DNA of 64,000 bases from Vitiosangium sp. GDMCC 1.1324. GTDB lineage: Bacteria; Myxococcota; Myxococcia; Myxococcales; Myxococcaceae. Under the pieces are notes generated by a model that was not told the origin of the DNA, searched no databases, and saw nothing but the letters and a program-made list of their open reading frames with translations. The DNA is taken from the NCBI RefSeq assembly GCF_003044305.1, contig NZ_PZOX01000005.1:323493-387492 (forward strand). The letters are read 5' to 3'. A program made the translations under genes and the position numbers. How positions within the stretch are numbered: position 1 is the stretch's first letter; each line of letters starts with the position of its first letter. This document shows positions 1-8,844 of this stretch, one piece after another.

Positions 1-47
1 GGTGGAGGCGCAGCGCTGGGCCTGACGTGCCCCCCTCGAGGACGCCA

Positions 48-1631
48 ATGAAAGCGGCCAACATCGGCAAGATTCTGGGCGGGTTCGGGCTGCTGCTGCT
101 GTTCTCCAGCCCCTTCACCCTCTTCTTCACCTCTGGCTCCATCCCCATCGTCGCCACCAAGGCGGTGGCCGGCCTGGTGCTCGTGGGTCTGTACTTCGCC
201 ACCAACTTCAAGCAGTTCGGCCAGTTCGCCTCGCGGCGCTCCAGCTTCTTCTTCGCCAGCACCGCGGGGATGGTGCTGGTGGCGCTCGGCGCGCTGGTGG
301 CCCTCAACTACATCGCCCAGAAGAAGAACACGCGGTGGGATCTGACGGAGCAGAAGATCTTCACGCTCTCGCCCCAGACGGTGAGCACGCTCCACGCCCT
401 CAAGGAGCCGGTGCGCGCCATCGGCTTCATCCCCACGGACCACCCCTCCTACGAGGCGCTGCACGCCACCTTCGAGCGCTACCACTCGGAATCCCCCGAC
501 ACCTTCGAGTACTCCTTCAAGGATCCGCGCCGCCACCCGGACCTGGCCGCGAAGTATGAGCTGCACGAGGGCCAGACGACGGTGGTGCTCACGCGCGGCG
601 AGGGCTCCAGCGAGTCGCACACCTCGCTCAACATCATCAGCGAGCAGGAGCTCACCAACGCCCTGCTCAAGCTCACCCGGGTGAGCGAGCAGAAGGTGTA
701 CTTCGTCATCGGCCACGGTGAGTGGCCGCTCGAGGGGCAGATGCCCGTGCCGGGCCAGCGCGGCCGGATGACGAGCCTCTCGGAGATGAAGCAGCAGCTC
801 ATCCAGGAGGGATACAACCCCCGGGAGCTCAACCTCGCAGGCGGCACCACGGTGCCTCCCAACGCCCCGCTGGTGGTCATCGCGGGCTCCAAGGCCCCCT
901 TCAGCCCGCCGGAGGTGGAGTCGCTGCGGAGGTACCTGGCCGCCGGCGGCCGGCTGCTCTACTTCGCCGAGGCCTATGGCGAACCGGGCGCCGAGCTGGC
1001 GAAGCTGCTCGCCGAGTACGGTGTGGAGATCGACAAGGGCGTGGTCGCCGACGCGCAGTTCAACAGCGGCAGCCCCTACGTCGTCCTCTCGCTCTTCTAC
1101 GGCAACCATGAGATTGCCCGGCCCCTGCGCCAGCGGCAGCTCAACATCGAGTTCCCCACCGCGCGAGGCCTCACCGTGCGCACCGAGGGACTCGCCGAGG
1201 GCGTGAAGGTGGAGCCCGTGCTCATGACCTCGCCCTTCGGCTGGGTGGAGACGACTCCCGACGACAAGCCGGCGCCCACCGAGGGCGAGAGGACCGGGCA
1301 GATCCCCCTGGTGACCGCCACGACGCGCAACACCTCGGGCGCCCCGGGCAAGCGCTACGACGAGGCCCGGCTCGTGGTGGTGGGTGACTCGGAGATCCTC
1401 CTGAACTCCAACTGGGGCCACGAGGGCAACCGCAACCTGGTGATGAACGCCTTCGGCTGGGCGAGCGCCCAGGCGGACAAGGTCACCATCCGCCCTCCGG
1501 ATCGGGCGTCCTCCACCCTCCAGCTCGACACGGACATGCTCAACCGCATCCGTTTCGTATCCACCGACGTGCTGCCCCTGTCGCTGCTCGGCGTGGGGCT
1601 GGCCATCTGGCTCTCGAGGCGCAACAAGTGA
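48..1631 (+). CDS. GldG-like auxiliary component of an ABC-type (gliding-motility-associated) transport system; N- and C-terminal TM segments
   Basis: ORF 27..1631. ATG at 48 gives MKAANIGKILGGFGLLLLF, a TM-rich N-terminus. Large periplasmic domain followed by a C-terminal TM (LPLSLLGVGLAIWL). Followed by a DUF4340-type gene, which is the usual gldG neighbour. The frame is open to the window edge, so the true start could lie upstream. Confidence 0.6.
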   Translation: MKAANIGKILGGFGLLLLFSSPFTLFFTSGSIPIVATKAVAGLVLVGLYFATNFKQFGQFASRRSSFFFASTAGMVLVALGALVALNYIAQKKNTRWDLTEQKIFTLSPQTVSTLHALKEPVRAIGFIPTDHPSYEALHATFERYHSESPDTFEYSFKDPRRHPDLAAKYELHEGQTTVVLTRGEGSSESHTSLNIISEQELTNALLKLTRVSEQKVYFVIGHGEWPLEGQMPVPGQRGRMTSLSEMKQQLIQEGYNPRELNLAGGTTVPPNAPLVVIAGSKAPFSPPEVESLRRYLAAGGRLLYFAEAYGEPGAELAKLLAEYGVEIDKGVVADAQFNSGSPYVVLSLFYGNHEIARPLRQRQLNIEFPTARGLTVRTEGLAEGVKVEPVLMTSPFGWVETTPDDKPAPTEGERTGQIPLVTATTRNTSGAPGKRYDEARLVVVGDSEILLNSNWGHEGNRNLVMNAFGWASAQADKVTIRPPDRASSTLQLDTDMLNRIRFVSTDVLPLSLLGVGLAIWLSRRNK

Positions 1632-3121
1632 ACGCCAAACAGAAGAACCTCGTCTCGTTGCTGGCCGCCGCCGCCGCGGCCGGTGGGCTCGGGCTCTATG
1701 CGTACTTTGGCGTGATGAAGCCGGAGGAGAAGACGGCCCAGCGCAAGGAAGCGGATGAGACGCTCTTCGCCGTCAACCCCCCCGCCGAGCGCGGCACCGA
1801 CGCGGGCACTCCCGCCGCTCCCGTCTTCACCTCGGTCTCCGTGGAGGTGCCCCAATCGAAGACGGTGATGGAGCTCCAGGACGGGGTCTGGCGCGTCACC
1901 TCACCGGTGTCCTCGCTCGCGGACAAGATGCAGGTGAGCACCCTCATCAGCGAGATCGCCACCGCGAAGTTCAAGGCGACCCTCGACGAGAACCCCACCG
2001 ACGCGGACCTGGAGCGCTATGGGCTGAAGCCGCCCCGCGCCATCGTGACGGCCCGCGCCTACGTGCCCGATGCGCAGGGCGGCGGGAAGGACGATCCGGC
2101 ACGCCAGCACTCGGTGACCTTCCACATGGGCGTCGAGAATGTCTTCGACGGCACGGCGTACCTGCGCCGCGAAGGGGACCCGCGCGTGTACCTCGCCGGT
2201 GGCGCGCTCCGCTTCGCGCTGCAGAAGAGCACCCATGAATGGCGTGACCACCAGCTGTTCCCCGTCGAGGAGCCCTCGCTCCTGCGCATCGAGGTGAAGG
2301 CGCGCAAGAACTCCCTCACCCTCGAGCGCACCACCACCGACAAGCCCTGGCAGCTGACCCAACCGGAGAAGATGCGCGCGGATCCCGAGCGGGTGGCGCA
2401 GATGATCTCGGATCTCAAGCTCCGCACCGCCCTCACCTTCCCCAACGAGGCCCAGGAGGCCAAGGCGCGCAAGGCCCTGGAGAAGCCCCAGGTGGAGGCC
2501 ACCCTCACGCCCAAGATCGGCCCGCCCGTGCACGTGCGCATGGTCGAGCTGGTGCTGGACGGAGCGAAGCAGTCCTTCGCGCTGAGCGAGTGGGGCTCGG
2601 AGAGCGTCCTCGCCGTCGTGGACTCGGGCACCCTCAACGTCCTGGACCTCGAGGCGCGGGAGTTCAAGGACAAGAAGGTGCTCGCGCTCCAGGTCAACGA
2701 CGTGCGGCAGATCATCATCCACCCGTCCGCTGGCGGCGAGGCGCTCACGCTGGCCAAGGCCCCGGACTCCGGGAAGTGGGAGGTGGTGGCCCCCATGCCC
2801 GGCCTGGCCCGGGAGTTCAAGGTGGCCTCGCTGCTGGGCTCGCTGGAGAAGCTCAAGGCCGCGGCCATCGGCGAGTCCCGCACGAAGAACTGGGCCCGCT
2901 ATGGCATCAGCGATACCTCCCGGGGCGTGTCGCTGATGGACAGCACCGGCCAGGTGATGGCCCGGCTGTGGATTGGCAACCAGGTGAAGGGCAACCCCGA
3001 GCGTGTGTGGGCCCGCGGCTCGTCCGAGGACCTGTTCGAGCTGGACAAGTCGGCCCTCGACGCGCTGCCCTGGAAGCTGGAGGAGTTCCTGGACAGCTCG
3101 TCCGCCGCCGCCCGCCCCTGA
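1628..3121 (+). CDS. DUF4340-like protein (N-terminal TM anchor), partner of the GldG-like protein
   Basis: GTG start overlaps the upstream stop (GTGA). N-terminal hydrophobic segment LLAAAAAAGGLGLYAYF. Normal amino-acid composition. Its position after the GldG homologue is conserved in such ABC loci. Confidence 0.6.
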   Translation: MNAKQKNLVSLLAAAAAAGGLGLYAYFGVMKPEEKTAQRKEADETLFAVNPPAERGTDAGTPAAPVFTSVSVEVPQSKTVMELQDGVWRVTSPVSSLADKMQVSTLISEIATAKFKATLDENPTDADLERYGLKPPRAIVTARAYVPDAQGGGKDDPARQHSVTFHMGVENVFDGTAYLRREGDPRVYLAGGALRFALQKSTHEWRDHQLFPVEEPSLLRIEVKARKNSLTLERTTTDKPWQLTQPEKMRADPERVAQMISDLKLRTALTFPNEAQEAKARKALEKPQVEATLTPKIGPPVHVRMVELVLDGAKQSFALSEWGSESVLAVVDSGTLNVLDLEAREFKDKKVLALQVNDVRQIIIHPSAGGEALTLAKAPDSGKWEVVAPMPGLAREFKVASLLGSLEKLKAAAIGESRTKNWARYGISDTSRGVSLMDSTGQVMARLWIGNQVKGNPERVWARGSSEDLFELDKSALDALPWKLEEFLDSSSAAARP

Positions 3122-3131
3122 AGCTCCCGCC

Positions 3132-3866
3132 TCACACCTCGAGCAGCAGGAAGCGATGCTCGGGGCGCATCTTCGTCATGAGCGGCATCGCCACGTTGTA
3201 GACGGGGATGCCGCTCTTCGTCTTTCCGGCGGGCGAACCGTGGTGCGCGTGGCCGTGGAAGACGGCCTCCGCTCCATAGTGGTCCACCGGCATCGCCAGA
3301 CGGCTCGTCCCGAGAAAGGGGCGGATCTCGATGTTCTCGCCCTCCAGCGTCTCCGGCACCGGGGCGTAGTGCATGATGACCACCTTCTTCGGCGTGTCGA
3401 GGTGGCTGAGCGCCGCTTCCAGCTTGAGCGACTCGTGCACCGCCTCCTGCACGAAGGACTTCGTCTGCCCCTCGCCAAAGGCCTGCAGCGTGGCGTTGCC
3501 GAAACCACCGCCGAAGCCCTTCACCCCGGCCACGCCCAGCGTCTTCTCGAAGATGAAGTGGTCCCCATCCAGGATGTGTACCCCCACCCGGGACAGCTCG
3601 CCGCAGATCTCCTTCCACTGGTTGTGCTCGTAGTCATGGTTGCCGAGCACCGCCGCCACCGGCACCCGCAGCGCCGCCAACTCCTCGGCGAGCACCTTGC
3701 CCTCCTCCACCATCCCCCGATCCGTCAGATCTCCGCACAGCACCAGCATGTCCGCTTCCGCGTTGACCTGCTTGACGAGCTGGCGGAACCGTCCGTGCTG
3801 ATCATCCCGGCAGTGGAGGTCACCGACCGCCGCCAACCGTATTTTCGAGTTCGCGTCCCGCGCCAC
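3132..3866 (-). CDS. metallophosphoesterase (calcineurin-like phosphoesterase, YfcE/Vps29-like)
   Basis: Motifs AAVGDLH, LCGDLTDRG, GNHDYE and GHAHH. Start placed at the GTG preceded by GGGGGAGG. The track ORF extends to 3914, which would overlap the upstream gene by 95 nt. Confidence 0.7.
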   Translation of the reverse strand: MARDANSKIRLAAVGDLHCRDDQHGRFRQLVKQVNAEADMLVLCGDLTDRGMVEEGKVLAEELAALRVPVAAVLGNHDYEHNQWKEICGELSRVGVHILDGDHFIFEKTLGVAGVKGFGGGFGNATLQAFGEGQTKSFVQEAVHESLKLEAALSHLDTPKKVVIMHYAPVPETLEGENIEIRPFLGTSRLAMPVDHYGAEAVFHGHAHHGSPAGKTKSGIPVYNVAMPLMTKMRPEHRFLLLEV

Positions 3867-4677
3867 GTGCCTCCCCCTTCTCTCGCTCTCGCTCGTCCCA
3901 GCACCGTCCGTCACCGAAGCCCCAGTGGTGGATGTCCACCGTGTAGTTCACCCTCGAGATGAGGTTGCCGCGGCACAGCCGCTCGTCCCAGTTGCCCTCC
4001 TTGAGGGTGTCCAGCGTGCGCGACATGAGCTCCGTCATCAGCCACACGGGGATCAGATCCCTCTCGCACGGGTAGGCGAAGCGGAACATCATCAGGTGGC
4101 TGAGCAGCACTTCCCAGTACCGGTCGAAGCGCCGCAGCAGCCGCTCCCAGTCCATCCCCTTCCCCATCTTGAGGATGAGGTGGTTGATGTCCGCCCCGTC
4201 GTACCGCTCGCGCTCGTTCACGAAGGCCTTGGACCAGATCATCTCCTCGGTCGGTGCCACCAGGCAGCGGTGGCCGAAGACGGAGGCCGAGCGCGCGTGG
4301 ACGAACCACTCGTCATCCACCGTGGCCACTCCGTTGCCGGAGGAGAAGATGAAGTCCACAAAGTATTCGCCCCGGAAGGCCTTGTAGAGCCATACGTCAT
4401 CGGTGCGCTCGGTGCGCCAGCCGTCCGCCTCCAGCACCACCAGCGCCCGCTCCGCGTCGCGCTTGCGGGGAAAGAGATCCAGGTCCTTCGTGTCCCGGTA
4501 GATGCCCGTATACGTGGCGTAGGCATAGGCCCCACCCACGAGGAAGGGCACACCGGCGTCCAGCAACACCTCGATGGCCCGGCCCCGGGCGTTGATCTCG
4601 TCCGCTGTCCGGCACCGCTCGGCGAGCGAGGCGTCGATTCCCATCTCCCCGGGGTGGTTGGGGTGGCGCTTTTCCAT
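3820..4677 (-). CDS. Pol-beta-superfamily nucleotidyltransferase-fold protein (NTP_transf_5-like), function unknown
   Basis: Motif LVGGAYAYATYTGIYRDTKDLDLF (G[GS]...DxD) plus a later acidic residue (VDFIF). Trp/Phe-rich C-terminal half and normal composition. The antisense plus-strand ORF is R/H/P-rich junk. Confidence 0.6.
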   Translation of the reverse strand: MEKRHPNHPGEMGIDASLAERCRTADEINARGRAIEVLLDAGVPFLVGGAYAYATYTGIYRDTKDLDLFPRKRDAERALVVLEADGWRTERTDDVWLYKAFRGEYFVDFIFSSGNGVATVDDEWFVHARSASVFGHRCLVAPTEEMIWSKAFVNERERYDGADINHLILKMGKGMDWERLLRRFDRYWEVLLSHLMMFRFAYPCERDLIPVWLMTELMSRTLDTLKEGNWDERLCRGNLISRVNYTVDIHHWGFGDGRCWDEREREKGEARGAGRELENTVGGGR

Positions 4678-4890
4678 GCGGCAAACCTAGGAACGGGTCC
4701 TTTTTCCCGTCGGAGCCCCCGTCCGGTATGCCTGGAGGGCAACCAGGGGACTTCCAAGGGCTCGAAACTCCCGGGGTTTCGAGCCTCCGAAAATCGCCTT
4801 TTCTGTTTTTGGACCCCTGCTGTGTCCCTACGGGCGAACGACCCGCAACGGCCTGAAAGGGACCGGGCGGACACCCGAGAGGACCGACAC

Positions 4891-5892
4891 ATGACGTTCC
4901 GCAAGAGCCTGCTGATCTCCGCGCTGATGCTGGTGGGCTGTGGCCGTATGAGCCGTGAGGACGAGTTCCGCGCCGTGCTGCCGACGCAGGAGATGGTGGC
5001 GGTGAAGACGCCCGAGAAGAGCGGCCAGGCGCTGATGGCGGAGGGGACGGGTGCGCAGTCCGGACAGAACCAGCTGAGCGACCTCTACGTGCTGACCCGC
5101 GTCACGACCGTGGTCGTCAATGGCGGCACGCTGGCGGTGCTGGGCCTGGTGGACGCGGTGACGAAGTACCCGCCCACCTCCGTCACCAACGACACCGCGG
5201 TGTGGGGCCCGCACACCGAGGCGCTCGCCCGCAACACGTGGAAGCTCACCGTGAAGAAGACGGGCGACCACACCTATAGCTATGCCCTCTCGGCCAAGGC
5301 GAAGGACGCGGCGGACTCGGCCTTCGTGGACATTGTCACCGGCACCCATACCGCCTCGCTGGACGCGGCCGGCGAGCCCATGAAGGGCTTCGGCCAGGGT
5401 GAGTTCAAGCTCGACTGGGACAAGGCGGCGACGCTGCCCGAGCACGACAACAACGTGGGCTCCTTCTCCGTCAAGTACTCGCGCCTGGACGACAAGAGCA
5501 CCGCCACCGTGGACGCGAGCTTCCGTCAGATAAAGGACGACAAGGACAGCAGCAAGCGCGTGGACGCGGACTACCGCTACGCCGCCACCCCGGGCCAGGG
5601 CGGCCAGTTCGACTACAAGCTGAACCAGGACTGGTACAAGCCCGAGGGCTCCAGCTCCGCCGCCCCGGAGACCCTCACCATCAAGAGCCGCTGGCAGGAG
5701 ACGGGGGCCGGCCGCTCGGATGTCAAGCTGGCGGGCGGAGACCTGGGCACCGAGGAGGCCACCGCCAGCGAGTGCTGGAACGCCTCCTTCGCCAGCGTGT
5801 ACCTGCGCGCCAGCTACACCTTCCCCCAGGTGCGCTACGGAACGGAGAACACTGACTGCGCCTTCACCCCGGCGGTCTACTCCTCGCTGTAG
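4891..5892 (+). CDS. lipoprotein (myxobacterial family; C-terminal VWGP...ECWNASF motifs)
   Basis: ATG at 4891. MTFRKSLLISALMLVGC carries a lipobox (LVGC). Lys/Asp/Thr-rich mature part. Paralogous to the 8845..9804 lipoprotein. Confidence 0.75.
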   Translation: MTFRKSLLISALMLVGCGRMSREDEFRAVLPTQEMVAVKTPEKSGQALMAEGTGAQSGQNQLSDLYVLTRVTTVVVNGGTLAVLGLVDAVTKYPPTSVTNDTAVWGPHTEALARNTWKLTVKKTGDHTYSYALSAKAKDAADSAFVDIVTGTHTASLDAAGEPMKGFGQGEFKLDWDKAATLPEHDNNVGSFSVKYSRLDDKSTATVDASFRQIKDDKDSSKRVDADYRYAATPGQGGQFDYKLNQDWYKPEGSSSAAPETLTIKSRWQETGAGRSDVKLAGGDLGTEEATASECWNASFASVYLRASYTFPQVRYGTENTDCAFTPAVYSSL

Positions 5893-5944
5893 GCCCTCGT
5901 TGTAAGCTCGGGACCTTCCACCCCGAGGCGAGACGAGGAAGTTC

Positions 5945-6484
5945 GTGGCAGGAACGACCCAACCGGCCCTGAAGGTCATCGACGGAGGTCAGAAGGATCG
6001 GCGCGCGTTCCTGCGCGAGCTGTACACGGTCCATGGCGGCAGCGTGTACGGGCGCTGCCGCTATCTGTTGAAGGACGCGAGCAAGGCCGAGGACGCGATG
6101 CAGGAGGTGTTCGCCCGCGCCCTCACCCACTCGGACGCTTTCCGCGCGGAGACCTCGCCGCTGGCGTGGTTGATGAAGATCGCCACCCACCACTGTCTCA
6201 ACCAGCTGCGTGCGGAGCGGGCTCCGTGGAGGCGCTGGTTCGAGCGGGACGAGAAGGCCCGTCCGGAGGGAGACCGGGGCGCGCAGGCGATGGAGACGCG
6301 GGAGCTGGTGCGCTCGCTCCTGTCGAAGGTGGACCCGGAGACCCAGGCGGCGGTGGTGCATTACTGGGTGGACGGGATGACGCTGGAAGAGGTAGCAGCG
6401 CTGCTGGAGCGCTCTGTCCCCACGGTGCGCAAGCGGCTGGAGCGGTTCGCCGCCCTGACGAATGAGGAGTTGAAGGTCCCATGA
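5945..6484 (+). CDS. ECF (sigma-70 family, group IV) RNA polymerase sigma factor
   Basis: Region 2 (FRELYTVHGGSVYGRCRYLL...DAEDAMQEVFARAL) and region 4 HTH (MTLEEVAALLERSVPTVRKRL). About 179 aa. AGGAAG ribosome-binding site before the GTG start. Confidence 0.85.
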   Translation: MAGTTQPALKVIDGGQKDRRAFLRELYTVHGGSVYGRCRYLLKDASKAEDAMQEVFARALTHSDAFRAETSPLAWLMKIATHHCLNQLRAERAPWRRWFERDEKARPEGDRGAQAMETRELVRSLLSKVDPETQAAVVHYWVDGMTLEEVAALLERSVPTVRKRLERFAALTNEELKVP

Positions 6485-7233
6485 GCGCGCACCTGTCGGA
6501 ATGGACGCTGCGGCGGCTGCATGCCGGAGAGCTCCCGGGCGCGGAGTCCCAGCAGGCCCGCGCGCACGTGGCCGCGTGCGCGGAGTGCCATGGGGTGCTC
6601 AAGGGCCTCGAGTCGGACCAGGCCCGCTTCGAGGCGGAGGTTCCCTTCGACCGCTTCGCGGCCGGCGTGGAGCGCGCGCTGAAGAATCCATCGGAGGAGA
6701 ACTCGTCGCCGCGGTTCCACGGCTTCATGGTGGCGGTGGCGGCCACGGTGCTGCTGGCATTGCTGGTCCGGCCGATGCTGTCCGAGCCGCCCACCAACCG
6801 GCTCAAGGGCGGGGCCTCGGCGGAGCTGCGCATCGGAGGCGAGGGGCCGCAGCGCGCCGTCATGCCGGGCGACACCGAGTCGCTCCTTCAGGGCGAGCGG
6901 GTGCGGGTGGGGTATGTGCCGGGAACGTACCGGTACGTGATGACGGTGTCGGTGGACGAGGCCGGCGAGGTGTCTCCGCTCTACTCCCAGGCGGGGATGA
7001 GCCTTCCCGTGGAGGAGGGCGCCACCGTGCGGCACTGGCTGCCCGAGAGCGTGGTGTTCACCGGCTCCGGCTACGAGCGCGTGGTGGTGGTGCTCTCCGA
7101 GAGGCCCCTGGAGGTGGAGACGGTGAGAGAGGCGGCGCGTCGGGCCTGGGAGTCCGCGGGCGGTAATGTCTCGGCCATGTCCTCGCTGGGCGTGGACGGA
7201 GAAGAGAGTCACTGGCTCCTGCGCAAGCCATGA
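6481..7233 (+). CDS. anti-sigma factor, zinc-finger (HxxxCxxC) type with a single TM helix
   Basis: ATGA overlap with the sigma-factor stop. N-terminal HVAACAECH zinc-binding motif. Single TM segment (FMVAVAATVLLALLV) followed by a periplasmic C-domain. Confidence 0.8.
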   Translation: MSAHLSEWTLRRLHAGELPGAESQQARAHVAACAECHGVLKGLESDQARFEAEVPFDRFAAGVERALKNPSEENSSPRFHGFMVAVAATVLLALLVRPMLSEPPTNRLKGGASAELRIGGEGPQRAVMPGDTESLLQGERVRVGYVPGTYRYVMTVSVDEAGEVSPLYSQAGMSLPVEEGATVRHWLPESVVFTGSGYERVVVVLSERPLEVETVREAARRAWESAGGNVSAMSSLGVDGEESHWLLRKP

Positions 7234-8831
7234 GGCGCGCTCCCGCTCATGGCCAGGCGTTGGTCCTGGCGCTACTGCTGGCGGCGGCCGTGCAGGCCCA
7301 GCCGGTGCGCCGCTTCGCGCTGGTGGCGGGCAACGACGAGGGCGGCTCGGACACCCGGACGCTGCGCTTCGCCCGGGACGACGCGCGCAAGATGCACGGC
7401 CTCCTCGTGCGGCTCGGTGGCGTGGCACCCGGTGACGAACGGCTGCTGCTGGACAAGAGCGCGAAGGACTTCCTCCAGGCACTCACTGAATTGGAGACAG
7501 GCGCACAGGCGGCACGCGCTCGGGGCGAGCGCACCGCGCTCATCGTCTACTACTCGGGCCATGCGAAGGACGGCTCGCTGCGGCTGGGGGACAGCACGCT
7601 GGACCTCGAGGCGCTCAAGCGCCGGTTGTCGGCGGCACCGGCGGACATCCGCATCGCCATCCTGGACTCGTGCCGCTCGGGGGCACTCACTCGGACGAAG
7701 GGAGCTCGGCGCGCGCCTGCCTTCGCCATCGACGCGGGCGCCACGCGCGAGGCCCGGGGGCTCGTCATCCTCACCTCCAGTTCGGCGGACGAGGACTCAC
7801 AGGAGTCGGACCTGCTGGGCGGCAGCTACTTCTCCCACCACCTGGCCAGTGGACTGATGGGGGACGCGGATCGCTCGGGCGACGGACAGGTGACGCTCTT
7901 CGAAGCCTATTCCCATGCCTACGCCCGCACCGTGGCGGACACCGCGGACAGCAGCGCCGGGCCCCAGCATCCCACCTTCAGCTATGACCTGGCCGGCAAT
8001 GGCGACCTGGTGCTGACGGATCTGCGAGGGCGTGACGAGGGCCTGCTGGTGCCCCGCACCGCGCCCGCCGGGGCCTATTACTTCGTGAGCCCGGGTGGCC
8101 TCGTGGTGGCGGAGCTGGACAAGGCCGTGGACACCGAGCGGCGCCTGGGCCTGGCCCCGGGCACGTACACGGTGAAGCGGCGGATGCCGGATCGGCTGCG
8201 CATCGGAGAGGCCGAGGTCCGGCGCGGGCGCACCACGGTGCTCGACGAGTCGCAGCTGCGCGACGCACCGTTCTCCGATGATCCGGTGAAGGGCGTGCCG
8301 CCCCAGCCGCGCGCGCTTCGCACGTACTGGACGCTGGGGCTCGCCGGTGGCTACCACTCCTTCTTCGACGCGCCGACGCGCGAGAACCTTTTCCTCTCCA
8401 CGCCGCTGCTGGGCCTGGAGGTGGGACTGCACCACTACTTCCGCGAGAACTGGCGCTGGGACTTCGACCTGTCGCTGGGCGCGCGCCAGGCCACGCTGGA
8501 GCTACCGACCCTCTCGGGGCCACGCTACCGCTACTCGCTGCTGACCGTGGGCACCTCGTTGGTGGCCGAGTGGCCCTTCGGCCCCGTGGCCCCCTTCGTC
8601 GGCGTGCGGCTCGCCTATCTCCTCACGGGCCGGGACTTCGAGGACCCGAGCCTTCCAGACCAATTCTACGCGGTGCTCACGCCCGGCCTCGTGGGTGGCG
8701 TGCGCTGGCACATGTCGGAGCACTTCGAGCTCACCGGGCGCGGCCGCGTCCACTACCTTCTCTACAACGTCGACGCACAACGCTCCCTGGGGTACTGGGA
8801 ACTCGGGGCGCTCGTGACGTACCGCTTCTGA
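7230..8831 (+). CDS. secreted caspase-family (peptidase C14) protein fused to a C-terminal outer-membrane beta-barrel domain
   Basis: ATGA overlap with the anti-sigma stop. Signal peptide (ALVLALLLAAAVQAQP). Caspase His/Cys dyad (IVYYSGHA ... ILDSCRSGA). C-terminal ~190 aa with alternating hydrophobic strands ending in YRF, an OMP-type terminal aromatic. Confidence 0.75.
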   Translation: MRRAPAHGQALVLALLLAAAVQAQPVRRFALVAGNDEGGSDTRTLRFARDDARKMHGLLVRLGGVAPGDERLLLDKSAKDFLQALTELETGAQAARARGERTALIVYYSGHAKDGSLRLGDSTLDLEALKRRLSAAPADIRIAILDSCRSGALTRTKGARRAPAFAIDAGATREARGLVILTSSSADEDSQESDLLGGSYFSHHLASGLMGDADRSGDGQVTLFEAYSHAYARTVADTADSSAGPQHPTFSYDLAGNGDLVLTDLRGRDEGLLVPRTAPAGAYYFVSPGGLVVAELDKAVDTERRLGLAPGTYTVKRRMPDRLRIGEAEVRRGRTTVLDESQLRDAPFSDDPVKGVPPQPRALRTYWTLGLAGGYHSFFDAPTRENLFLSTPLLGLEVGLHHYFRENWRWDFDLSLGARQATLELPTLSGPRYRYSLLTVGTSLVAEWPFGPVAPFVGVRLAYLLTGRDFEDPSLPDQFYAVLTPGLVGGVRWHMSEHFELTGRGRVHYLLYNVDAQRSLGYWELGALVTYRF

Positions 8832-8844
8832 CAGGGAGCACACG

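Noticed and set aside
3925-4890. N-terminal 322 aa of the 655-aa plus-strand ORF preceding the lipoprotein start
   Set aside because: Antisense to the NTase gene and H/P/V-rich. The lipoprotein signal peptide begins at the internal ATG 4891.
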